Below, one piece after another: positions 24,362-31,827 of a stretch of DNA of 31,827 nucleotides (positions are counted from its first letter, which is position 1; every line of letters begins with the position of its first letter). Origin of the DNA: a virus (Duplodnaviria; Caudoviricetes); IMG/VR virus record IMGVR_UViG_3300020045_004367, positions 1 to 31,827 of that record, one strand, 5' to 3'. The position numbers and the translations under genes were made by a program. The notes under the pieces were generated by a model that saw only the letters and a program-made list of their open reading frames with translations, was not told where the DNA came from and ran no database searches.

Positions 24362-25188
24362 TGCACCAAACATCATTATTTAATGATATACAAGAATACC
24401 CACCTGACCTATATCGTCCATTTTTAACTGCGACAGAAAACGGGAAAGGGGTATTAGATGTTGACACCGTAAAGGGATGTACTCTTGGACTTGCAGCTTA
24501 TCCTAATGGCGGTTGCTATGGTGAGTGTTACGCATACAAAACGGCACACAGATACGGCATTGACTTTAAGCAATCAGTAAGCAGAAAGCTGTTCCGGTCA
24601 AATAGAACTGATGTTTTTATCATAGTTAAAGACCATAGCGCAGGGTGGTACAGAGTTGGAACGGCTGGTGATCCTTGCCATGATTGGGATAACACTATCG
24701 AAGTGTTACAGTTTTTACGCAGAACAAATAAGATTCCGGTAATTATCACAAAACACTGGATAACACTTACTGACAACCAGCTTGATAAACTTAAAGACCT
24801 GGGGGCAGTTGTTAATACCTCAGTAAGCGCATTAGACACCGAAGAAGAATTAAATCACAGAATAGAGCAAATAGGCCGTATAAAGTACGCAGGCATTAAA
24901 AGCATAGTGAGGGTAGTTACCTGCTGTTTTAGCACCACAGAAGGATCTATACAGCGCCAAGCAACACAGGACTATCTACTGTCTTTCAATAATGTAATCG
25001 ACAACCCATTAAGAGCATCAAAATTAAATGAATATGTGAAAAGGGGTGATATTCTATTAAATAAAAAAGGTGGTTGGACAGGAAACGGGGCCGGTAACAT
25101 TTCATTGCACTCAGAGAGTGTCTATCTAGGAACTTGCGGCGGTTGTCCAGATCAATGTGGAGCCGATCATGCAAAGAAAGGGATTTAA
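24361..25188 (+). CDS. Radical-SAM-like protein with atypical Cys spacing
   Basis: DTVKGC-x11-CYGECYA, RVGTAGDP, VIITK, SVSALD and C-terminal CGGCPDQC. Confidence 0.7.
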   Translation: MHQTSLFNDIQEYPPDLYRPFLTATENGKGVLDVDTVKGCTLGLAAYPNGGCYGECYAYKTAHRYGIDFKQSVSRKLFRSNRTDVFIIVKDHSAGWYRVGTAGDPCHDWDNTIEVLQFLRRTNKIPVIITKHWITLTDNQLDKLKDLGAVVNTSVSALDTEEELNHRIEQIGRIKYAGIKSIVRVVTCCFSTTEGSIQRQATQDYLLSFNNVIDNPLRASKLNEYVKRGDILLNKKGGWTGNGAGNISLHSESVYLGTCGGCPDQCGADHAKKGI

Positions 25189-25189
25189 A

Positions 25190-26581
25190 ATGACGCAGGA
25201 ATCATTGTTTAAACAGGAAGTTGAATACCTTTATGTGCCGATGGTTATCGGTTCGGGGTATGAGCAGATTGTGGCAGAGTTGGCTATTGCTGATAAAATA
25301 GCGTACAGGGCCGCGCGTAAAAACATGCAGATACATTCTGCTATCATCCTCAAAATTGATGGCGAAGTATGCGGGTTTTTCACATTCCAGAACAACCAAG
25401 AAGTAAAAGAGTTTTGCCTCCTGCAATCCACAATCCGGCCTGATAAGTTTGACTTTGATATTTATGACAACATGGTAAAGGCAATCATAGACCGTAATGT
25501 AAACGGCTATCCAATGATTATCACCACAGACCCAAAAAGCAAATTTGAAACACCAAAGCGTTTTAAGAGTCTTGGTTTCAAAACATATCTTACTATGTCC
25601 GGCTACGAATACATGGTGTACGGTGATGAAAAAGATGTTCGCATGAAACTGCTGGCACACATAACCATGACAAACGTGTGGAATTCTTTGAAAGGCGATT
25701 GGCTACGCCTCAAAAAAGAATGGAACACACAGATTGAAGAGGCCGGTGAAAAACATGGCATACCCAACCCCAAATTTGCATCCCGTGAAGGATGCTGGCA
25801 AGGGGAAAGCGGCTTTTCGAATGTCGTACTTTCAACCCGTACTGTTGAAGATGGGGAGATTGTCACCAACAAAGAGAAGTCACACAACGGCAACGCCTCA
25901 GTACTCGACCCTGTAGCCTGTGAAGTTATCTTGCGGTTCTTTATGCCAACAAATGGGACAAGGGTTTATAACCCATTTGGAGGCGGTGTCCAGATGGGGT
26001 TTATCGCCGGGGCGTATGGTTATGATTATATCTCAAGCGAGATCAGGCAAAACCAATGCGACACCAACAACGCAATATGTCAAGACCTACCGGGTTCTGC
26101 TAGGTGGATTAAAAGTGACAGTTCAACGTACATGCCACCTGAAAAAGTAGACATGGTTTTCAGTTGTCCCCCGTATTACCGCGTTGAAAAATACATTGAC
26201 TATGATGGCAAGTCACCGGACGGAGAAATTAACTCAATTGATACTTATGAGGGTTTCCGAGACACGTTATTCTCCGGTTACAAAAAAGCAATCGAAAGCA
26301 TGAACGATAATTGTTTCTTTATTGTTATGACCGGAGATAGCAGGGATAAAAACGGTTGTTACCATTGCCACGAATCCGAGACAGAGATATTTTTCAAAGA
26401 ACAAGGCCTTTCTGTCTACAACAAAATAATCTATTTGGAGTGCGAATTTACACGCCTTGCACAGGCCAAAAAAACACTTAACTACCGTAAATTTCCAAAG
26501 CGTGAACAGAAGATTATTGTCGCTTACAAAGGCGACCCAACGGTTATTAAAGATTTATTCCCACCAACAGGGAGACTCTAA
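25190..26581 (+). CDS. DNA amino-methyltransferase with N-terminal GNAT-like domain
   Basis: SAM-binding VYNPFGGG and catalytic-type FSCPPYY. N-terminal IDGEVCGFFTF...FKSLGFKT is GNAT-like. ATG 25190 lies 2 nt after the previous stop. Confidence 0.75.
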   Translation: MTQESLFKQEVEYLYVPMVIGSGYEQIVAELAIADKIAYRAARKNMQIHSAIILKIDGEVCGFFTFQNNQEVKEFCLLQSTIRPDKFDFDIYDNMVKAIIDRNVNGYPMIITTDPKSKFETPKRFKSLGFKTYLTMSGYEYMVYGDEKDVRMKLLAHITMTNVWNSLKGDWLRLKKEWNTQIEEAGEKHGIPNPKFASREGCWQGESGFSNVVLSTRTVEDGEIVTNKEKSHNGNASVLDPVACEVILRFFMPTNGTRVYNPFGGGVQMGFIAGAYGYDYISSEIRQNQCDTNNAICQDLPGSARWIKSDSSTYMPPEKVDMVFSCPPYYRVEKYIDYDGKSPDGEINSIDTYEGFRDTLFSGYKKAIESMNDNCFFIVMTGDSRDKNGCYHCHESETEIFFKEQGLSVYNKIIYLECEFTRLAQAKKTLNYRKFPKREQKIIVAYKGDPTVIKDLFPPTGRL

Positions 26582-26763
26582 TGCAAAACCGATTAATACA
26601 TCCATGTGACGTGCCCACAGGGTTGCTTAACAATTTGCTGTTTATTTTAGACAACCAAGAAATGTCTATTTCTGATTTAAGAAAATTACTTAATGAAGCG
26701 GATTATCGTGACAAAGCAATAACAACAATTAAAAAAATAAATAACACTAAGGTCATTGCATGA
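26581..26763 (+). CDS. Hypothetical protein
   Basis: 60-aa AT-rich ORF with TAATG overlap. Confidence 0.5.
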   Translation: MQNRLIHPCDVPTGLLNNLLFILDNQEMSISDLRKLLNEADYRDKAITTIKKINNTKVIA

Positions 26764-26903
26764 GTATCCAATCCCAGATAACCAAGATAATAGCCCGGCA
26801 GATGCCAGAAAATACGCTTGTGATTCGATCAAACTACGAACCGCCAAGGACACGCCAAGAGCGCAGACGGCGCAAGAAGGAGGGGGAGGCAAAATGCCAT
26901 TGA
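26760..26903 (+). CDS. Hypothetical basic peptide (47 aa)
   Basis: Not in the ORF track; ATGA overlap; MSIQSQITKII...RQERRRRKK. Confidence 0.45.
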   Translation: MSIQSQITKIIARQMPENTLVIRSNYEPPRTRQERRRRKKEGEAKCH

Positions 26904-27205
26904 ATAACATACCAATCTACAAAATCATGTCGCCCAATGACACGTTTGATATTGTCAACATATCCGTAATTGACGCTCTGCTAAACGTGCTGATGGCGAG
27001 ATGCAAGGGCAACAGATACCGCTTGTCCCGCCTCCAATCCATGTTTGACCTGCTGCACAAGATCGAAGTGTCATACGAGGGTTACATCCCTGACGAGTAT
27101 ATCAACCGATCAGAGAGGTTTTTAAAGTACATGCACACGGATTTGAACAGTCTGATTAAGGACATTAAGGGGGTGAAGAGTGGCGAAACGCCCAAAGAAG
27201 GTTAA
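26894..27205 (+). CDS. Hypothetical protein
   Basis: GGAGG RBS before MPLNNIP (the ORF extends to 26756). Confidence 0.6.
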   Translation: MPLNNIPIYKIMSPNDTFDIVNISVIDALLNVLMARCKGNRYRLSRLQSMFDLLHKIEVSYEGYIPDEYINRSERFLKYMHTDLNSLIKDIKGVKSGETPKEG

Positions 27206-27500
27206 GACCGAAACGCCGCGTGGTCTGATAGTTACCAAACTTCGGCAGATGTTCATGTGGAGTCCAGAACGATCAGCGGCCCTTAAACGAGACGATAAGA
27301 CTTGCCAAGTATGCGGCAAGAGAGAGAGCAAGGCCAAAGGGAAGGAACTGACTGTGCAGGTGCATCACTTGGCTGAGGGCGATATAAATTGGGACAGAAT
27401 AGTTGCTGTAATCAGGAAAGAACTGTTATGCCCACCAGAGATGCTGATAACGCTTTGCAAGGAACACCATCAAGAGTGCCACCAGAAGGGGGAACTATAG
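27180..27500 (+). CDS. HNH endonuclease
   Basis: ALKRDDKTCQVCG...QVHH...LITLCKEHHQECH. Confidence 0.85.
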   Translation: MAKRPKKVKTETPRGLIVTKLRQMFMWSPERSAALKRDDKTCQVCGKRESKAKGKELTVQVHHLAEGDINWDRIVAVIRKELLCPPEMLITLCKEHHQECHQKGEL

Positions 27501-27919
27501 TGGAATGCCCTAAATGTCACGCCAAGATGAGAAATATCAACTCCAGCATCGGCAGCGCATACCACGGCGCAGAGTCGTCGCCAACTATCACGTCAGGCTG
27601 GAGCTGCGAACCGGCTGGATGCGGAGCTTGGATAGATGCCAATGACCCGCCTGTCTGCCCCATGCCGCCGAAAGAACATACCCGCCACCCTGATGGCAAA
27701 GGCGGCTTTATCCGCCAAATAAATCATCTGACCGGGCTAGACAGGCTAGTTTGGGATTACCGTAACACAATCAGGGCAATGGGCAGAACGCCAAAAGAAA
27801 TAGCAACCAAGTTGAATGAATTGCGCCCAGGGTCACGATTAAATGGTAATATGGTGGCGGCAAGTTTGAACAGGTTGGAGAACGGCCAAATCGAGAAGAA
27901 AGTGAGGGAGGAAGCATGA
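27500..27919 (+). CDS. Hypothetical Zn-ribbon protein with possible C-terminal HTH
   Basis: GTG start overlapping the previous TAG; CPKC...CEPAGC; RTPKEIATKLN. Confidence 0.55.
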   Translation: MECPKCHAKMRNINSSIGSAYHGAESSPTITSGWSCEPAGCGAWIDANDPPVCPMPPKEHTRHPDGKGGFIRQINHLTGLDRLVWDYRNTIRAMGRTPKEIATKLNELRPGSRLNGNMVAASLNRLENGQIEKKVREEA

Positions 27920-28632
27920 ACAACGAAATAGCAGTTATCGCAGTAACACCGATGGACTTAATCAGCCGGGCGCAAGCGTCAAACGCCAGTATTGAACAGA
28001 TGCAACAACTCTTTACGCTTCAACTGAGGTGGGAGGAAAACGAGGCAAGGAAAGCGTATTACAAGGCGGTTGCTGATTTCAAATCCGAAGCCGTGGACAT
28101 CATCAAAAATAAGAAGGTGTCATACCGCACCGACAAGGGTGTGACGGAATACAACCATGCCGAACTCGGCCAGATCGTAAACACTGTAACCCCCTTCCTT
28201 TCCCAAAATGGACTTTCCCACCATTGGGAATACTCGCAGATTGACGGCAAGGTCAAGGTGACGTGTTTCCTCACTCACGACATGGGGTACGAGAAATCAA
28301 CATCACTGGAAGCGCCACCGGATACATCGGGCGGGAAGAACGGGATACAGGCCATTGGTTCGACCACAAGTTACCTTGAGCGATACACCTTTCTTGCTAT
28401 GACTGGGCTTGCTTCTAGGGAACAGGACGATGACGGCAGGAGCGCAGGGAAAGCAGCAGTAGAAACCATCACCGAAGCACAAGCAAAAGACCTGTTGGCC
28501 CTAATAGCCGAGGTCAAGGCCGATGTTGCTAAGTTCTGTACCTACTACAAGGTCAACGCTGTAACCGGCCTTCCCGCAGCCAAATACGACCAGGCTGTGA
28601 AAAACTTGGAAGCAAAGAGAGGGGATAAATAA
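27916..28632 (+). CDS. ERF-family single-strand annealing protein
   Basis: YNHAELGQI...CFLTH...QAIGSTTSYLERYTFLAMTGLA...DDDG. Confidence 0.9.
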   Translation: MNNEIAVIAVTPMDLISRAQASNASIEQMQQLFTLQLRWEENEARKAYYKAVADFKSEAVDIIKNKKVSYRTDKGVTEYNHAELGQIVNTVTPFLSQNGLSHHWEYSQIDGKVKVTCFLTHDMGYEKSTSLEAPPDTSGGKNGIQAIGSTTSYLERYTFLAMTGLASREQDDDGRSAGKAAVETITEAQAKDLLALIAEVKADVAKFCTYYKVNAVTGLPAAKYDQAVKNLEAKRGDK

Positions 28633-28712
28633 TGGAACCTATGGTCATGCCGGGATATCCGAGAAACATGCGCAACTTGTTATTACCGCTATCGTAGGAG
28701 GTTTGGTCAATC

Positions 28713-29363
28713 ATGTCAGAATCAATTACTAAATATCCATGCGGCAAAATATACGCAGACGTTGAACAGGGCAAGCCGGAATGGTTTGCAATCAAGTGCG
28801 GAATTATCAGCGGTTCCAGAATGGCCGATGTCATGCAAGAAAAAAAAGGCACCGGCTATGAAAATTACCTGGCTCAGTTGGCGTGTGAACGGTTGACGAA
28901 TTGCGTCACTCCGACATTCAAGAATGATTATATGGATCGTGGTAGCGAGGACGAATCACCGGGCCGTGAATGTTTTGAATTTATCACTGGATACACTGTT
29001 GAGCAGGTAGCCTTTATCAAGCATCCCTTTATTGAGAATTTCGGGATATCGCCTGACGGATTGATCTGCGCTGCCGGTATGTGCGAAATCAAGCGAAAAA
29101 TTCCGGCTTTACATCAAAAGTATCTCAGGGAAAAGCGAGTCCCGCCTGAATATCTAAAGCAGATGCATTCACAGATGGCGTGCTCAGGCAGGGAATGGAA
29201 CATATTCGTTTCATATTGTCCCGAAATGCCAGCGGAACTACAGATTTTTCAATGTCGGTTGGAACGCGACGACCATTATATCAAAGAGATTGAGTCATCC
29301 GTTATCCAGTTTGACAAGGAAGTTGAAAAGAGAATCGCGGAACTAAAGGCGCTTATCCCATGA
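28713..29363 (+). CDS. YqaJ-like (lambda exonuclease family) viral recombinase nuclease
   Basis: EQGKPEWF..K.G.ISGS, MDRG..DE, GISPDGL, EIK, Y..QM..QM. Confidence 0.92.
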   Translation: MSESITKYPCGKIYADVEQGKPEWFAIKCGIISGSRMADVMQEKKGTGYENYLAQLACERLTNCVTPTFKNDYMDRGSEDESPGRECFEFITGYTVEQVAFIKHPFIENFGISPDGLICAAGMCEIKRKIPALHQKYLREKRVPPEYLKQMHSQMACSGREWNIFVSYCPEMPAELQIFQCRLERDDHYIKEIESSVIQFDKEVEKRIAELKALIP

Positions 29364-29809
29364 CGCAAAAGATCATCCTCATAACACAAGCGCACAAGAA
29401 CCGCGCCATTGCCATACTCTCCGCCATGGCGCTGGAGCCGGTGATGGAAGTTGTGATTAGGGAGCACAAAAAAGACCGCTCAGCGGAACAAAACGCCCTT
29501 TACTGGCAGTGGCTAACTATCATTGGCAATGAGCTAGGAGAAACAAAAGAGGAAGTACATGAGCATTACAAGGACAAGTTTCTTGTCAACATCTACGAAC
29601 GAGACAATGCCGACTATGCCGAAATGGTGCAATCACTCCGCGAAGTCTGGAAGCATGGAATGAAGCAGGAGGCTATTGAATTGAGAAAGAAGATTGTAGC
29701 CCTGACCTCCACCACTACGGCCACCACGCACCAGATGAGCGAGTATATGACCAACATAGAGAGGGATGCAGCAGCCCTTGCCATAAGACTGCCGCAAGTG
29801 GAGGGATGA
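29360..29809 (+). CDS. NinB/Orf-like recombination protein
   Basis: RSAEQNALYWQWL...EEVHEHYK...STT......MSEYM..IE. Confidence 0.75.
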   Translation: MTQKIILITQAHKNRAIAILSAMALEPVMEVVIREHKKDRSAEQNALYWQWLTIIGNELGETKEEVHEHYKDKFLVNIYERDNADYAEMVQSLREVWKHGMKQEAIELRKKIVALTSTTTATTHQMSEYMTNIERDAAALAIRLPQVEG

Positions 29810-30084
29810 TGCCGCCTAACTGGAAACAGCGCACAGAGCGCAATCCGGCGTATCTGGCATGGCTACGGACGCAACCCTGCTGCCTGTGTTCCTATCCCCA
29901 CCATATCCAGGCACATCATACGGAGAGTGGCGGCATGGGCATTAAAGGTTCGGACATGAGTTGCGTGTGCGTCTGCATGGTTTGCCACCATGATATTCAC
30001 CAGAACGGCAGTAAGGACGCTATACCGGGACTTCCAGTAATACTTGAAAGGTTGCATCAAAAATACAAGGAGAACAAGAAATGA
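29806..30084 (+). CDS. DUF968-like HNH-fold protein
   Basis: AYLAWLRTQPCCLC...AHH...GMGIKGSD...CMVCH..IH. Confidence 0.75.
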   Translation: MMPPNWKQRTERNPAYLAWLRTQPCCLCSYPHHIQAHHTESGGMGIKGSDMSCVCVCMVCHHDIHQNGSKDAIPGLPVILERLHQKYKENKK

Positions 30085-30362
30085 TTACCATCAAAGACAA
30101 AGTAGAGCGCAACGGCAAAGAGACATTCACGGTCTGCATCGGCGGCACAGAAATCAAGTCATGCAAGGTGGTTGAAGGCGCAAAAGGCCCGTTCATCTCC
30201 GGCCCTGCCATACCGCCCAAACAGGACGGCGGCAAGTGGTTCAACGTGGTCTTTTTCTCCAGCGAAGATCAGCACGAAATACTTGAAATATTGCGGGGCG
30301 CGGCCATACCGGAGATTGACGTTAGCAAGGATGGCTTTGACGACTCGGACATTCCGTTCTGA
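30081..30362 (+). CDS. SpoVG-like / single-stranded DNA-binding protein
   Basis: IKSCKVVEGAKGPFISGPA...GKWFNVVF with an SSB-type acidic tail DDSDIPF. Confidence 0.7.
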   Translation: MITIKDKVERNGKETFTVCIGGTEIKSCKVVEGAKGPFISGPAIPPKQDGGKWFNVVFFSSEDQHEILEILRGAAIPEIDVSKDGFDDSDIPF

Positions 30363-30396
30363 TGCCAAAATATTCAACCAAGTTGAATGAAAGTTG

Positions 30397-30425
30397 TTGA
30401 CGTTTCATTGGGGCAAGAGTATTGT
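30397..30425 (+). promoter_or_regulatory. Putative sigma70 promoter for the replication genes
   Basis: TTGACG (30397-30402)-N17-TATTGT (30420-30425). Confidence 0.55.
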
Positions 30426-30455
30426 ATTAGGTAATTACAATTGAATATAGTCTTT

Positions 30456-30554
30456 AACGCGTTGGCTAGAACGTGTTTCCAATTGGTGACGGCGGGAAAC
30501 CGCTACAACCATGAAAGGCCGTTGAGAGTGCTAGCCCACTTTTAACGGTCTTTC
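30456..30554 (+). ncRNA. Putative structured leader RNA (three hairpins, kissing loops)
   Basis: 8-bp stem with loop GGCTAG, a GAAA-tetraloop hairpin, and an 18-bp stem with the complementary loop CTAGCC. Confidence 0.6.
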
Positions 30555-30571
30555 TATTTCTAGGAGAGGAT

Positions 30572-30745
30572 ATGTCGATTACATTCCAAGCACTAAAACT
30601 AAGTCTGACCACTGACGGATTGATACTATTGCAGCAACCAGTATCAGGATTTGACACACAAGAAATAGCCTTTCATCCTCTTCAAGCCGATATAATTTGT
30701 CAGGCAATAATGGACATAGCCACGTCCTATAAATTGCAATCATGA
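30572..30745 (+). CDS. Hypothetical protein (57 aa)
   Basis: Not in the ORF track. AGGAGAGG RBS; MSITFQALKL...; ATGA overlap with the next gene. Confidence 0.55.
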   Translation: MSITFQALKLSLTTDGLILLQQPVSGFDTQEIAFHPLQADIICQAIMDIATSYKLQS

Positions 30746-30978
30746 AGAAGCAGAAACCCTTTTTTTACAAGCTGAACGCCGCTGACTTTTTTGCAATAAT
30801 CAGAGAATTTTCTGACAAAGAATTGGCAAAATGGATACGCACTTTTTCGGCTGATTTAGTGGCAGGTAACAGCAAGGACGAGTTTACATCAAGAATGATA
30901 GAAGAGACTGTAAAATATAGGGAATCGTTATCTCAATCAGGCAAAATCGGCATGGAAAAGCGGTGGAAAAATGGATAA
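30742..30978 (+). CDS. Short replication-initiator-like protein (DUF1376/YdaU-like N-terminal region)
   Basis: KPFFYKL.AADF start and SQSGKIGMEKRW end; upstream of the helicase. Confidence 0.45.
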   Translation: MKKQKPFFYKLNAADFFAIIREFSDKELAKWIRTFSADLVAGNSKDEFTSRMIEETVKYRESLSQSGKIGMEKRWKNG

Positions 30979-31089
30979 GGTCGTTATAACTTTGTTATTA
31001 AGGTTGTTATATCAACGCGCTGCTATTGCTACTGTTATTGTTATTAATAGTTAGTAGATAAAGATCTTTAGTATAAGAGGTATTGGAAA

Positions 31090-31520
31090 ATGTATGACCT
31101 AAGACCATACCAAGAAAAAGCGGTTGACCAAATTCGCCGCCTGATAGTGTCAGGCAAAAAGTCAATCATGATTCAGTCGCCTACCGGAAGCGGGAAGGGT
31201 GTCATGCTTTCCCATATCATCCACTCAGCCAACATGAAGGGCAAATCAGTTTTGTTTCTTGTCCACCGTAGCGAAATCCTTTTTCAAGTCTCTGACTACA
31301 TGGACAAGTACGAAATTACCCATGGCATAATTAAGGCCGGAGAACAGGCCAACTACACCCATCCGGTACAACTTGCCTCATTTCAAACCATCATACGGCG
31401 TATGAGTTTTTTTCAAGAGACATTCGACGTTGTAATTATCGACGAAGCCCACCACGCCACCGCTGCCACATACATCAAGGTTATCAAGGCTTTCCAAAAA
31501 CAGATTATTTTAGGCTTTTC
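31090..31520 (+). CDS. SF2 DEAD/DEAH-box helicase, 5' part (interrupted by inversion)
   Basis: LRPYQ, SPTGSGKG (Walker A), LVHR and IIDEAHH. Motif III (SATP) continues only on the minus strand at 31692-31521. Confidence 0.9.
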
Positions 31521-31827
31521 GTTATAGTCACCTGCTTTGAGTTTAACATCTTTAAGGTCAGGCTCTACGGGAGCAAAGTACCGAATGGGGGCAAGAAAAC
31601 CCAAGTCCGTTAGGTTTTGGATCGTCTCAACCTGCACCATTGAATCAAATAGGTTGCCTAATCCCATGCCGTTTTTACGGGTAGGTGTGGCAGAAAAGCC
31701 TAAAATAATCTGTTTCTGGAAAGCCTTGATAACCTTGATGTATGTGACAGCGGTGGCGTGGTGGGCTTCGTCGATAATTACAACGTCGAATGTCTCTTGA
31801 AAAAAACTCATACGCCGTATGATGGTT
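31386..31827. repeat. 135-bp inverted duplication (fold-back) at the window end
   Basis: 31386-31520 is the reverse complement of 31693-31827 with 2 mismatches; 172-bp spacer. Confidence 0.95.

Noticed and set aside
31413-31811. Second helicase gene on the minus strand, and ORF 31537..31800
   Set aside because: Both are products of the inverted duplication, not independent genes.

Overview
The window is a contiguous part of a temperate, short-tailed (P22/podovirus-like) dsDNA phage, apparently in its excised form. Almost all product calls come from motif recognition and gene order, with no database search. 1-15150 holds late genes: a gp10-like tail hub, ejection proteins, a beta-helix tailspike, a GH19-type endolysin, a signal-peptide LamG protein and holin/spanin candidates. 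About 15150-15495 is an intact attP containing the 3' half of tRNA-Pro(GGG). Next come a tyrosine integrase operon and a divergent xis-like operon, a CI/Cro-like switch (20184-20945), and a long early operon. That operon includes HNH-AP2, a Tad2-like protein, a dNTP diphosphohydrolase/radical SAM/GNAT-methyltransferase cluster, ERF, YqaJ, NinB-like, SSB-like and SF2 helicase genes. An HgtR-like regulator hints at a Geobacteraceae-type host. The most striking unexplained structure is at 18162-19146: two genes bounded by integron attC-like hairpins with perfectly complementary 9- and 10-bp ends, plus an attI-like simple site, with no IntI in the window. This looks like a miniature phage-borne integron cassette array. 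A three-hairpin kissing-loop RNA precedes the replication genes. The last ~300 bp are a fold-back inversion that is probably an amplification or assembly artefact.
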